A DNA stretch of 64,000 bases from Actinomycetes bacterium (GCA_021785935.1 JAJYOG010000007.1:417-64416); one strand, 5' to 3'; shown: positions 37,732 to 47,664, numbered from the stretch's first letter. Program-made: numbers and translations. The notes: generated by a model from the sequence alone, not told the origin.

Positions 37732-39258
37732 CTAACGCTCCGGCTTGCGGCCGGCGGAATTTTCGGATTCCGGCGCCGTCCCGGCGTCCGCCAACGCCAT
37801 GAGCAACGCGCCGATTTCCTCGAGCTTCATGAAGCGGGAAGCCTTGAGCAAGATGACATCCCCCGGCTCTATCAGGTCCTGAACCTCAGCCAGAGCCGCG
37901 GCCCGGTCGGCGAAATGATAGCAACAACTGCCGCAGGCTCCCTCTTCCCGGGCGCCATCGAGATAACCGGCCGCAAGGTCTCCCACAGCAACGAGGCAAT
38001 CGATTCCGAGCTCTGCCACCAGCCGGCCGACTTCACGATGATACCGCGAGGCATCGCCGCCCAGCTCACCCATGTCGCCGAGAATGGCCACGGTGCGGCG
38101 GCCTGTGCCGACGCTCGCCAGATACTCCAGGGAAGAGCGCATCGAGAGGGGGTTGGCATTGTAACAGTCATTTAGCAGGATGACCCCATCCGCCAGATTT
38201 ACAAATTCGCCCCGCAGGCTGCCGAGATGGATGTTTTTGACGGCCTCGGGAATTTTCTCAAGCGGCAGGCCCAGCAGGTAATAGGCGCCGATGGCGGCCA
38301 TGGCGTTAAGCAGATGATGATGGGGCGCGAAATTGAACGTAAGTTCAATTTCGCGCCCGCAACATGAAATCAAGGCGTGCAGGCGGCCATCCTCAGTGTG
38401 TTCGTGATAGACAGGGTGGATATCCGCCAGCCGGTCGAAGCCAAAGGTTATTGTCGGCAGATCGAGACCGGCAAGGTGCGATTCGAGAAGATCATCCCCG
38501 TAAGGCGCCACCAGCCTGCCTCCAGGCGCCAGGCCCGCAGCGATCTCGGCCTTGCCCCGTGCGATGCTCTCCAGGCTGCCCGCATACTGCAGATGGGCCG
38601 GCCCGATATTGGTGATAACGGCGATATCCGGGGCAGCAATGCGGCAAAGCTCCCTGATTTCGCCCGGAGCCTGCATGCCCATCTCGACGACAATGACCTC
38701 CGTGTCTTCACCGGCATCCAGCAGCGTCAGCGGCACCCCGACCTCATTGTTGAAGCTGGCGCGGCTGGCGACAAAATTCAGCTTCGGCCCCAGCAGGCCT
38801 GACAGCATGTCCTTGGTGGATGTCTTGCCGGTGCTGCCGGTGATTGCCACCACGGTGGCGCCACTGCGTGCGGCGACCAGTGACGCGATGTTCTTGAGCG
38901 CCTCGCCAGCATCATCAACAGCGATGATGACCTGATCGCGGGTAGCGCTGCCGCCGTTGCCCCTCCCTTCATTGTGACCGGGACTTGATGCCGCCGCTCT
39001 TTCAGCGGCATCCCTGGCGGCCACCACGCCCATAGCGCCGGCTGCCAGAGCCTCCTCGACAAACTCGCCGCCGTCAAAGTTTTCGCCCCTGAGCGCCACA
39101 AACAGCTTGCCGCCAAGGCCGGCGCGCGTATCGGTGGAAATATCAGCCACCAGCGCCGCCGCGCTACCCGACAGCAATTCGCCGGCACAGGCGTCGCATA
39201 TATCTTGTGACGTTAGCGTAATCAATTCTTCAACTTTTGTTGGAATCGAGCCGGACAT
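37732..39258 (-). CDS. murF: UDP-N-acetylmuramoyl-tripeptide--D-alanyl-D-alanine ligase
   Basis: 508 aa. ITGSTGKTSTKDML and NDCYNANP are MurF rather than MurE signatures. Confidence 0.85.
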   Translation of the reverse strand: MSGSIPTKVEELITLTSQDICDACAGELLSGSAAALVADISTDTRAGLGGKLFVALRGENFDGGEFVEEALAAGAMGVVAARDAAERAAASSPGHNEGRGNGGSATRDQVIIAVDDAGEALKNIASLVAARSGATVVAITGSTGKTSTKDMLSGLLGPKLNFVASRASFNNEVGVPLTLLDAGEDTEVIVVEMGMQAPGEIRELCRIAAPDIAVITNIGPAHLQYAGSLESIARGKAEIAAGLAPGGRLVAPYGDDLLESHLAGLDLPTITFGFDRLADIHPVYHEHTEDGRLHALISCCGREIELTFNFAPHHHLLNAMAAIGAYYLLGLPLEKIPEAVKNIHLGSLRGEFVNLADGVILLNDCYNANPLSMRSSLEYLASVGTGRRTVAILGDMGELGGDASRYHREVGRLVAELGIDCLVAVGDLAAGYLDGAREEGACGSCCYHFADRAAALAEVQDLIEPGDVILLKASRFMKLEEIGALLMALADAGTAPESENSAGRKPER

Positions 39259-39602
39259 CCTTAATTGGCCTCTAATTTTAATCCTGAAGTGAAAAACAGT
39301 ATGTGCAAACCGGCGTCGCCGAGGTTCTCATCCCCATTTCTTCCCCGAAAGGCGCTGCCTTATTCACCGACTCCGGTATCATGGTTACCGTCGTGCTCAG
39401 GGGGTCGGCGGGCGACCCGGTGGCGCGGCTTAGAGGCACGGACCAAAAAAATGGCGTCCGCGAAGGAGCGCCTGATTTATGTTTAAGGGGATGGTAGACC
39501 GCGGTGGCCAGCAGACCGTCGAGAAGGGTGAAGTAGAATTCCGCCTTCATCGGGACGTTATTGTATAAGAAATTGCGCCCTCTGAACACCCCACTATTTC
39601 GA

Positions 39603-41270
39603 TCATGGCGTAATCTCCAGCTTTTGCAGGGCAAACTCAGTGATCAACTTGAACGCCGGCGCCGCCACGGTAGCGCCGCCGCCGAAAGGATGCGGTTCAT
39701 CCACCATTACCAGCACCACGAGCTGCGGATCGGCCGCCGGCACCATGCCAATGAATGAGCCGATGTAGTTCTCCGTCGAATATCCTGAGCCGTCAGGAAG
39801 CGGCTTTTCAGCGGTTCCCGTCTTGCCAGCGACATGAAATCCGTCTATCTGGGCCAGAGGGGCGCCTCCATCCTCTACCACCTGCTGCAGTAAACCCCTG
39901 AGAACCCGCGCGTTTTGCTCGCTCATGAGGCGCCGGCCTTCGGCCGGCGCCTCTGGCTCATCACCGATCGCCTTTACCAGATGTGGCGTGACCGCCACGC
40001 CATTATTGGCAATCGTCGAGTACGCTTCCGCCATCTGGATGGCGGTCACGGATAATCCCTGCCCAATGGGAACATTGCCAATAGTTGAATCTGACCAGTC
40101 CTTGGGCGCCCAGACGATGCCTGTGGCCTCCCCGGGGAAGTCGATGCCAGTGGGTGAACCAAAGCCAAACCTGCGGATCCAGTCGTCGAGTTTCTGGTCG
40201 CCGGTGCGCATGCCGACGGTGACGGCGCCAACGTTGCTTGAATGCGTCAGGATCTGTCCCAGATCCCAATCCACTTCCCCGCGATCAACGGCGTCTTTGA
40301 TAGTGCGGCCGCCAAGCTCAAGCGTCGACGGCAGGTAATATGTCTGTCCCGGCGCCACGGCGCCTTCCTCCAGGCCCGCCGCCACCGTTACCAATTTAAA
40401 CACCGAACCAGGTTCGTAATTATCGGTGACTGTCCGGTTACGCCGCTGCTCGTCGCTTAAATTATTGAAATTGTTGGCATCCACGGTCGGAACATCGGCC
40501 ATGGCATAAATCTCGCCATTCTTGGGATTCATGATGATACAGGCTGCGCCTTTGGCCGACCAGTGGTTAACCGTTTCCGATAATACTTTTTCCGCCTGAA
40601 ACTGTAGCGATTGATCGATGGATAAGGTTACATCCTTGCCGCGGGTCCCTTCCTCGAGGCTAAGCGTCTCGATCTGCTTCCCGGAAGGATCGAAGACAAC
40701 CCGCTGGCTACCCCCGGTGCCCCTGAGCACCTCATCCAGCTGCAGTTCCATGCCAGCCAGCCCCTGATTGTCGACACCGGCATATCCCAACACCTGGGCG
40801 GCCACCCGCTTCTGTGGATAGATGCGCTTCTCCTCGGAATGGATCCAGATACCAGTGATGTTCGCGTCCTCAATGGTTGCCGCGATCGCCGGGTCAACCT
40901 TACGAGCCAGGTAAACCGAGCTGGACTTGGAGCGGTCGGACATCTTGTCCAGTAGATCCTTGGCATCGATTTTCAAAAGGGGCGACAGAAATTGCGCCGT
41001 CTTGAGCGGATCCTCGATAAAGTAGGGGTCAACCGTGATCGATTTGGTTTCTTCGCCAACCGCTAGCTCGCGGCCATTGCGGTCAAAGATTGTACCGCGT
41101 TGCGCCGGAAACTGGAATTCCTTGACCTGCTGCTCGTTGGCCTTGGCGGATAACTCTTCGGCCTTGACGGTCTGGAGGAAGACGGTGCGTCCAATCACCG
41201 TGCAGAAGATGACCAGGATTAATAATAGGGCTAAGCGAATGCGCCTGTTGGAGTCGGCAAGCACCGGCAC
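39603..41270 (-). CDS. ftsI: Peptidoglycan D,D-transpeptidase FtsI (class B PBP)
   Basis: 555 aa. N-terminal TM, PBP dimerisation domain, and transpeptidase motifs (SVFK equivalent SxxK; SSN; KTGT). Confidence 0.9.
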   Translation of the reverse strand: MPVLADSNRRIRLALLLILVIFCTVIGRTVFLQTVKAEELSAKANEQQVKEFQFPAQRGTIFDRNGRELAVGEETKSITVDPYFIEDPLKTAQFLSPLLKIDAKDLLDKMSDRSKSSSVYLARKVDPAIAATIEDANITGIWIHSEEKRIYPQKRVAAQVLGYAGVDNQGLAGMELQLDEVLRGTGGSQRVVFDPSGKQIETLSLEEGTRGKDVTLSIDQSLQFQAEKVLSETVNHWSAKGAACIIMNPKNGEIYAMADVPTVDANNFNNLSDEQRRNRTVTDNYEPGSVFKLVTVAAGLEEGAVAPGQTYYLPSTLELGGRTIKDAVDRGEVDWDLGQILTHSSNVGAVTVGMRTGDQKLDDWIRRFGFGSPTGIDFPGEATGIVWAPKDWSDSTIGNVPIGQGLSVTAIQMAEAYSTIANNGVAVTPHLVKAIGDEPEAPAEGRRLMSEQNARVLRGLLQQVVEDGGAPLAQIDGFHVAGKTGTAEKPLPDGSGYSTENYIGSFIGMVPAADPQLVVLVMVDEPHPFGGGATVAAPAFKLITEFALQKLEITP

Positions 41271-41711
41271 CTAGGGCGCTGCCCTCCCCGTGCCGACGCC
41301 GAGAGGATCGAGGTCGGCATAAGTCTGCTGGGTTCCAGCAGGGCTGATGTAGACATATTGAACCTTATCCGCGGGCACCATGCCGAGATCGTGAATGGCG
41401 ATCTGCTCGACCCGCGCCGGAGACCTTAGCGTCGCCACTTCACTGGAGAGGCGCGCCTTCTCGGCGGCCAGTTCGCTTTTTTCGCTAATGAGGCTGTTGA
41501 ATTCAAGATTCTTCTTGAGGATGCCAACATGCAGGGCAACCAGGCCCAGGAGACAGACTGCGACAGCGGTCAGCCAGACGCCCGCATGGGCAGCGCCGCC
41601 AGCTGAAACATACTTCCGCGGCGGCGCCGGACGCTGCGTCCGGCCGGTCTCGCGCTCGAACTTGCGGGTGATTTCTGAAAATCCCCAATCCTGTTGAGCT
41701 GCTTTTGCCAT
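41271..41711 (-). CDS. ftsL: Cell division protein FtsL-like (septum formation initiator family)
   Basis: 146 aa, single TM followed by coiled coil, at the canonical position between rsmH and ftsI. Confidence 0.7.
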   Translation of the reverse strand: MAKAAQQDWGFSEITRKFERETGRTQRPAPPRKYVSAGGAAHAGVWLTAVAVCLLGLVALHVGILKKNLEFNSLISEKSELAAEKARLSSEVATLRSPARVEQIAIHDLGMVPADKVQYVYISPAGTQQTYADLDPLGVGTGRAAP

Positions 41712-41745
41712 CTACCCCTCTAGTCCTGAGTCTTTTTACGTGTTA

Positions 41746-42720
41746 TTACTGCGCAAGTTTTTCAGCCACGCGCAGCTTCGCGGATTGAGCGCGCGGGTTT
41801 TCAGCTATCTCGTCTTCCGACGGCGCGACCGGCCGGCGGGTGATGACACGGACCTCGGCCCGCGCTTCGCAGACGCACTGCGGCAGATCCGGCGGGCAAG
41901 TGCACTTGCCCACTCTTGCCGCGAAGAATTGCTTGACGATCCGGTCCTCCAGCGAATGAAAGCTGATGACCGCGAGACGCCCTCCCGGAGCCAGCAGGGA
42001 CATGGCGTTCTCGAGCCCTTGCTCCAGCGATGCCAATTCATCGTTTACCGCGATACGCAGAGCCTGAAAAACCCTGCGCGCGGGATGTCCGGCGCCGAAC
42101 CTCGCCGGCGTGGGGATAGCGGCCTTGACCGCGTCCACAAGCTGCAGCGTCGTCTCAAATGGTTTTTTGTCGCGCTCAATACAAATGCGCTTGGCGATCT
42201 GCCGGGCATAGCGTTCCTCACCGTAAGATTTAAAGATACGGGCCAGCTCCGCCGCCGGCAGTTCATTGATCAGCTCCCTGGCCGTCCGCTTGCCTGCCGG
42301 ATCCATGCGCATGTCCAGCGGCGCGTTGTAGCTGTAGGAAAAACCGCGCTCGGGACGGTCGAGCTGCATTGAGGAAACACCCAGATCGAGATAGATCAGA
42401 TCCGCCTCGATTCCGTTCTGGTTGAGATCCTCCAGCGCGTGGGCAAAATTGCCATGGATAAAACGGCAACGGAAAGGCTGATGCTGCGCAAAAAGGTCAA
42501 AGTACCGTTTTGCGACCGGGTCCCGGTCAACGCCGATGAAGAGGGCATCCTGATGCAGCTCCCGGGCTACCCTGCGGGCATGGCCGCCGGCGCCGAAGGT
42601 GCAATCGATGACCGTGTCGTCCGGTTGCGGGTCGAGCAGGTTTAACAGTTCGTCCGCCAGAACCGGCAAGTGCGCCGGATCGTTCGATGAAAATCCTTGT
42701 ATGCTGTTGTTCAACTGCAT
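41746..42720 (-). CDS. rsmH: 16S rRNA (cytosine1402-N4)-methyltransferase
   Basis: 324 aa. SAM-binding motif DCTFGAGGH and the MraW family. Confidence 0.9.
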   Translation of the reverse strand: MQLNNSIQGFSSNDPAHLPVLADELLNLLDPQPDDTVIDCTFGAGGHARRVARELHQDALFIGVDRDPVAKRYFDLFAQHQPFRCRFIHGNFAHALEDLNQNGIEADLIYLDLGVSSMQLDRPERGFSYSYNAPLDMRMDPAGKRTARELINELPAAELARIFKSYGEERYARQIAKRICIERDKKPFETTLQLVDAVKAAIPTPARFGAGHPARRVFQALRIAVNDELASLEQGLENAMSLLAPGGRLAVISFHSLEDRIVKQFFAARVGKCTCPPDLPQCVCEARAEVRVITRRPVAPSEDEIAENPRAQSAKLRVAEKLAQ

Positions 42721-42765
42721 ACTTCCCTTCTCCCTTGATGGGGGAAAGCGGCGGTCGTCAGCCTG

Positions 42766-43194
42766 TTACTGTTCCGCCCTTTCCCGTTCTTTGGAATCTT
42801 CTTCGTACGCGTCCCAAGCACTGGCGCCCCAGATCTCAAAACAGTTGCCCATTCCAGTGAACACCACCTCCTTGGAGATGTCCGCCCTTTTCAGATGGTA
42901 GGCGGTTAAACCGATCCGCCCCTGTTTATCCACCTCGCATGGCGCCGCGCCGCCCAGCAGTTTTCTCATCTTGTCGCGGGCGCTGCGGCTGTCCATTGGA
43001 TCCAGTCTGGAAATCCGGTCCTCCTTCAGCGTCTCCCACTCTTCCACGGGGTAGACGACGAGGCAGCCATCGAAACCTGTCGTTACCACCACTTTCCTAT
43101 CCTCGATCTGAGTACGGTATTTTGCAGGAATAGCGACCCTGTTCTTCGAATCTATAGTATGTGTGTAATGTCCAATAAAATCGTATACCGGCAT
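42766..43194 (-). CDS. mraZ: Transcriptional regulator MraZ
   Basis: 142 aa. Tandem DXXXR motifs (SKNRVAIP; KQGRIGL). Confidence 0.9.
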   Translation of the reverse strand: MPVYDFIGHYTHTIDSKNRVAIPAKYRTQIEDRKVVVTTGFDGCLVVYPVEEWETLKEDRISRLDPMDSRSARDKMRKLLGGAAPCEVDKQGRIGLTAYHLKRADISKEVVFTGMGNCFEIWGASAWDAYEEDSKERERAEQ

Positions 43195-43199
43195 AACCG

Positions 43200-43248
43200 C
43201 CCCATAATTTCCCCATAATTTTTCCCCACTTTATACCACTTCTCCCCA
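43200..43248 (-). promoter_or_regulatory. Direct repeats of TGGGG (minus-strand reading) with 11/13/20-bp spacing immediately upstream of mraZ; candidate MraZ operator
   Basis: Read directly on the + strand as CCCCA at 43200, 43211, 43224 and 43244. E. coli MraZ binds three TGGGN direct repeats at 10-bp periodicity in its own promoter region. Confidence 0.45.
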
Positions 43249-43531
43249 CAGAACAAGCGTTTCAATGCATTTTTTTTAGGGAATCCCCCTATTTATTGAA
43301 CTAAAATCCACTTATTTGTGCAGTTTGCGTTGCAGAACGGGTATAAACGCGCCGCTTTTGCGAAAAAAAGAAAAAACTGGCGGATTAGGGGATGGCTTGA
43401 ATCGCGGCCAAAACGGATGTCTTAACTGGCGGATAAACTGGCGGATTGAGGCTGAATCAACCGTGGCTCAGAAATGAGTTGGACTATGCGGGGATGGGTT
43501 AGGGCGCCGGCTCTTCGCGCCGCAGCTTTAG

Positions 43532-44137
43532 CTAGGGCAGCGCTGGAGCGCTTTGGCCACCAGCCTGAGGATTTTCCTGCTCGGCGAGGAGCTGCTGGGC
43601 CACATGGCCGAACCGTGACGTTGGGTTGAGGTCGTAGGCCTTCTGCCAGTTCTGCTTGGCTTCAGCCTGCCGGCCGGTCTGGGCGTAGATCGAGCCCAGG
43701 TACAGAAGTATTTCCTGGTCGCTGGGATTTATCGCCAAGCCCTTTTGCAGATCCCTTAAAGCCACGTCCACCATGCCCAGAGCGAACTCTGAATCCCCCA
43801 GACGGCTGTAATAAATTGACTCATTGGGACTGAGGGCAACAGCCTTTGCGTATTGGTCGGAGGCGTCAGCGTAACGGCCGGATTGCATGTAGACGTCACC
43901 AAGTCCGGCGATGGCCAGAGCGTCGTTTGGATTGGCGTTGATCAGATCCTGGAAGGCCGCGATCTGGGGACCGTAATCCGCGGGCTGATTCTGCATATTT
44001 TGGAGATCTTCAGCCGAGTGGGGACTGGAGCTGTCGCCACTGTCTCTAAAAACAAAAAAGGGAAGCGCCAGCGCCAGCACTACCACGACAGCAGCCGCTA
44101 TGATCGCCCAATAATAAGATTTGAACTTCAAGGACAT
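43532..44137 (-). CDS. TPR-repeat protein with N-terminal membrane anchor
   Basis: 201 aa. TM helix (AIIAAAVVVVLALALPFFVF) followed by TPR repeats. Confidence 0.7.
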   Translation of the reverse strand: MSLKFKSYYWAIIAAAVVVVLALALPFFVFRDSGDSSSPHSAEDLQNMQNQPADYGPQIAAFQDLINANPNDALAIAGLGDVYMQSGRYADASDQYAKAVALSPNESIYYSRLGDSEFALGMVDVALRDLQKGLAINPSDQEILLYLGSIYAQTGRQAEAKQNWQKAYDLNPTSRFGHVAQQLLAEQENPQAGGQSAPALP

Positions 44138-44210
44138 TACCTCCGGGGAGAATCAGTACATATTATAACTGATTCCGTCGTAAAAGCCGCAAACGTGTTT
44201 TTCTGTATCT

Positions 44211-44954
44211 TTACTGTGCCAGGCCCAGCCACAATTCCAGTAACCGGTCGCCATAGAATAGCGCGATTATGGATCCAATGGCCATGAAGGGGCCGAAAGG
44301 AATGCGGCTCTTGCGTCCCTTCTGACCGGTGAGCAACAGAAATATTCCGGAGAAGGCACCGATCGCGAAGGAAAGGAAGAGCCCCGGCAGGATTGCTCCC
44401 CCCAGGAAAAATCCGAGCATGCAGGCAAGCTTGACGTCGCCAAAACCCATGCCGCTGCCACCCGGATATAACAAGGCTACAGCCAGAAAGAAAATGCCAG
44501 CGCCCAGTCCCGCTACCACATAAACCCACCAATCACCGGGCGAAATAGCAACGTTCGCGGCCAACCCGATAACGGCGGCCGGCAGCACAATGACGTTGGG
44601 AATAATGTAATGATCAAGATCGATGTAGAAAATTGCTATCAGTACTGAGATCAGCAGCAGGGCCGGCAGCAGGGGCCAGTCCATCCCGAACTGGATACCG
44701 GCTACCACCCAAAGAGCACCGGTCAATGTCTCAACGGTTGGATATCGCGGCGTTATCGGCTGGCCGCAGTTGCGGCACTGGCCCTGAAGGACCATGTAGC
44801 TGACGATGGGAATGTTGTCGTACCATTTAACCGGCTCTTTGCACCTGGGGCAGTGCGAGCCGGGGGCGGCGAGAGATTCTTTTCGCGGCAAGCGGTATAT
44901 GACCACGTTCAGGAAGCTGCCCGTGATGGCGCCGACTAGAAACAGGATGATCAA
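44211..44954 (-). CDS. pilD: Prepilin peptidase (A24 family; type IV pilin leader peptidase / N-methyltransferase)
   Basis: 247 aa. N-terminal Zn-finger CPRCKEP...CRNCGQ and TM core with the catalytic Asp region (IDLDHYIIP). Confidence 0.8.
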   Translation of the reverse strand: MIILFLVGAITGSFLNVVIYRLPRKESLAAPGSHCPRCKEPVKWYDNIPIVSYMVLQGQCRNCGQPITPRYPTVETLTGALWVVAGIQFGMDWPLLPALLLISVLIAIFYIDLDHYIIPNVIVLPAAVIGLAANVAISPGDWWVYVVAGLGAGIFFLAVALLYPGGSGMGFGDVKLACMLGFFLGGAILPGLFLSFAIGAFSGIFLLLTGQKGRKSRIPFGPFMAIGSIIALFYGDRLLELWLGLAQ

Positions 44955-45026
44955 AAATAAAATCAGGAGTACCGCCGAATAGCTTTAGGATATTTCCGGT
45001 CCGGTCGCAGACACCGCAAACCACTG

Positions 45027-45695
45027 TTAGTTCGAATGCTCCAGCACCACTATTTTCGGGCCGGCTGTGAGATTTTCCTTTTTCAGCTCGATCTCGCTGA
45101 CTCCGGGTTTCTCGACGGTCGGCTTGCCGGCCGTGAATCCCTCAACTCCGTCCAGCTTGAGCAGGCACTTGTCATTACGGTAGTGCATAGGCATAGTGAC
45201 CGGTGGTGAGAGCTGTTGCCAGACACGTGTGGCGTCGGCAGCCGTGATGGTGTAATTCCCGCCAACGGGAATCATCATAACATCGACGGCGCCGATTGAC
45301 CCTACCTGTTCCGCCTCAAGCACATGGCCGAGGTCGCCCATATGGCAGACAGTGACGCTATCTGCCTCTATGATAAAGATTATATTGTCACCGCGGATCG
45401 CGCCCATCTCGGCATCATGAAAACTCTCAATGCCGCGAATGTTGAAGCCAGCGGCCTGCCGCGGTCTCACGGTTCGAACGATTTCGGGTGTTCCCGCAAG
45501 CCCATCAACATTGCCATGATCCTTGTGGCCGTGGCTCACCGTGACGACATCGGGCATGAGCCCCGGTGTTTCTTCCAGAGGCTGGTAAAGTAACGTGCCG
45601 GGATATGCGGCGGCGTTGTATGGATCGGTGAGGAGAGTCGCGCCCGATGCGGCGGTCAAAAGAAAACAGCTGTGGCCTAACCATCTTATCCTCAT
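45027..45695 (-). CDS. MBL-fold metal-dependent hydrolase (UPF0173-like)
   Basis: MRIRWLGHSCFLL start and HGHKDHGN metal-binding motif. Confidence 0.75.
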   Translation of the reverse strand: MRIRWLGHSCFLLTAASGATLLTDPYNAAAYPGTLLYQPLEETPGLMPDVVTVSHGHKDHGNVDGLAGTPEIVRTVRPRQAAGFNIRGIESFHDAEMGAIRGDNIIFIIEADSVTVCHMGDLGHVLEAEQVGSIGAVDVMMIPVGGNYTITAADATRVWQQLSPPVTMPMHYRNDKCLLKLDGVEGFTAGKPTVEKPGVSEIELKKENLTAGPKIVVLEHSN

Positions 45696-45715
45696 GCCTG
45701 ATCTCCCCGCCTCCA

Positions 45716-46573
45716 TTACAGCTCGTCCGGCAGCTCCCGTAATTCCGAGAGCGAGAACACCGGCCCGTCAGTGCAAACATATTTCGGCCCGACATTGCAG
45801 CGGCCACAAATACCGATGCCGCATTTCATACGCCGTTCAAGCGTCGTATAGATTTGTTCTTCCCGAAAGCCCATTTTATCCAAACTTTGCAGCGTATATT
45901 TAATCATGATGGGCGGACCACATGTGACCGCTACCGCTTTTGCCGGCGAGAGCGCTTTTTCCTCCAGAACGGAAGGGACCAGGCCGACGCACCCATCCCA
46001 GCCGGGACAGGCGGCGTCGATGGTGGAGACAAAGTCCACATCGGTACGCCCGGCCCATTCGCCGCGGCCCTCCACATAACAAAGATCGGCGGGCGTCCTG
46101 GCTCCATAGATCAAGGTCAGGTCGCCGTAATCGCCGCGGTTATCCAGAATATATAAAAGGAGCGACCGCAGCGGCGCCATGCCAATGCCGCCGGCGACAA
46201 GGACAATGTTCCTGCCCTTCCATTCATCCGTGGGAAAGGCGCAGCCGAGCGGAGCCCGCAGGGCGATGCGGTCACCAGCCGTCAACTCATGAATGGCGCT
46301 GGTCACCACACCCGCCTTCATGATCGAAAACTCCAGATAGTCATGATGCGACGGAGCCGACGAGATAGCAAAAGTAGATTCGCCGGCGCCCATAACGCTG
46401 AGCTGCCCGATCTGTCCCGGCAGGAAGGTGAAAGCATCCATCACCGCTGGATCGTCAAAAGAAACCCGGTAGGTGTTGATGTTGACGGTCTCCGTAATGA
46501 CCTTGAGTATGGTCGCCGGTTCCGGTCTGAGCGGCTCTGTTGCCTTTTTTCCTGCCTTTGGTATCGTGGTCAT
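45716..46573 (-). CDS. flxA: FAD/NAD(P)-binding oxidoreductase with C-terminal [2Fe-2S] (FlxA / sulfhydrogenase HydG-like)
   Basis: Start taken at MTTIPKAG. FNR-like fold (RVSFDDP...; VLVAGGIGMAPL) and CGIGICGRC cluster motif. The upstream portion of the ORF overlaps the previous gene and is probably not coding. Confidence 0.7.
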   Translation of the reverse strand: MTTIPKAGKKATEPLRPEPATILKVITETVNINTYRVSFDDPAVMDAFTFLPGQIGQLSVMGAGESTFAISSAPSHHDYLEFSIMKAGVVTSAIHELTAGDRIALRAPLGCAFPTDEWKGRNIVLVAGGIGMAPLRSLLLYILDNRGDYGDLTLIYGARTPADLCYVEGRGEWAGRTDVDFVSTIDAACPGWDGCVGLVPSVLEEKALSPAKAVAVTCGPPIMIKYTLQSLDKMGFREEQIYTTLERRMKCGIGICGRCNVGPKYVCTDGPVFSLSELRELPDEL

Positions 46574-47664
46574 CCTGAGCCTCCGGCCAAGCCCACGCCT
46601 CCAGCCGGGCCCACGCCTCCAGCCGGGCCACCGCCTCCAGCCGGGCGTTCCAGCACCGCCATGAGGACATCGCGGATATCGAGATCCACCGGACAGCCCC
46701 TGATGCAACGGCCACAGCCGGTGCAGAGGATCTCGCCCTGGTTTTCGGGATAGTAACTAAACTTGTGGTTGATGCGATTGCGATAGCGATGAGCGGGAGT
46801 CGGCCGCGGATTGTAGCCCGACGTCTCCTGTGTGTAGAGATAAAACATGCAGGCGTCCCAGCTGCGCAGCCGCTCTCCTTCGCGGTCGCCGCGCATTTCG
46901 TCATGGATGTTGAAACAATGGCAGGTCGGACAGCCGTGCGTACAGAAACCGCAGGAGTTGCAGGCGGCTGAAATTTCTTCCCAGAATTCAAGATCGTCGA
47001 AGACGAGCGGCAATTTCTTCTCCAGCTCCTCAATACCCTTGATCCTTGCCGTAACCGCAAGCTCGGGAAGCTCCCGGCTCGACTCTTCGAAGATCGGCAG
47101 GCCTGTAATCGCGCCGCCCTTATCGGATACGGCCTCCGCGATAAGTCCGCCCTCGACCGGATAGAGAATAACATCGGAGCCTGCCTTGTCCGCGGTTCCC
47201 TTGCCGAAGGAGGAACAGAAACAGGCGGCGTCACAGGAAGTGCAGGCGAGCGTGACCACGGTGAGACCCGTCCGGCGAGCGCGATAGCCCGGATCATTAT
47301 AACCCTCGCCTTCAGGCGGATCGAACAGCGTGTCCAGCACAGTTAGCGCCCTGGCGTCACAGGCGCGGGCACCGAAAAGGATGGAGCTGCCGGCGGCATC
47401 GCCAGACTTGATTTTCACCCGTTCGCTGCCGGCGCCAAAGGCGTAGTTAAAGCCAAAAAGCACCTCGGTTCGCGGCAGCACCATATCCTTGGCCGAGACT
47501 GCGGAGATATGGTCGAAGTCGACCGGATCGCCGCGCCAGCGCTCGAACATGACGGTTCCGCCGGATCCTGGCAGCTCGCGTGGAGCCCAGACTTCCGACC
47601 GGTCCGCCAACTGGCCGAGAAGCTCGCCTATGCGATCGCGGTCAATAAATTTCGATGCCTTCAT
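46570..47664 (-). CDS. flxB: FeS subunit FlxB / sulfhydrogenase HydB-like (4Fe-4S dicluster)
   Basis: 364 aa. CNSCGFCTHGCPTCHC and CTGCGRCIRGCP motifs. C-terminal (P/V)AGG repeats encoded by a 21-bp DNA tandem repeat. Confidence 0.65.
   Translation of the reverse strand: MKASKFIDRDRIGELLGQLADRSEVWAPRELPGSGGTVMFERWRGDPVDFDHISAVSAKDMVLPRTEVLFGFNYAFGAGSERVKIKSGDAAGSSILFGARACDARALTVLDTLFDPPEGEGYNDPGYRARRTGLTVVTLACTSCDAACFCSSFGKGTADKAGSDVILYPVEGGLIAEAVSDKGGAITGLPIFEESSRELPELAVTARIKGIEELEKKLPLVFDDLEFWEEISAACNSCGFCTHGCPTCHCFNIHDEMRGDREGERLRSWDACMFYLYTQETSGYNPRPTPAHRYRNRINHKFSYYPENQGEILCTGCGRCIRGCPVDLDIRDVLMAVLERPAGGGGPAGGVGPAGGVGLAGGSG

Noticed and set aside
39278-39634. 118-aa minus-strand ORF in the ftsI-murF gap
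   Set aside because: It overlaps the ftsI 3' end, has low complexity and no recognisable domain. Noted only as a possible deletion scar where murE would normally be.
45716-46708. Full 330-aa ORF for the FlxA-like gene with a Pro/Gly/Arg/Trp-rich N-terminus
   Set aside because: The first ~45 codons overlap the upstream flxB-like gene and translate its 21-bp repeat in another frame. The conserved domain starts at MTTIPKAG.
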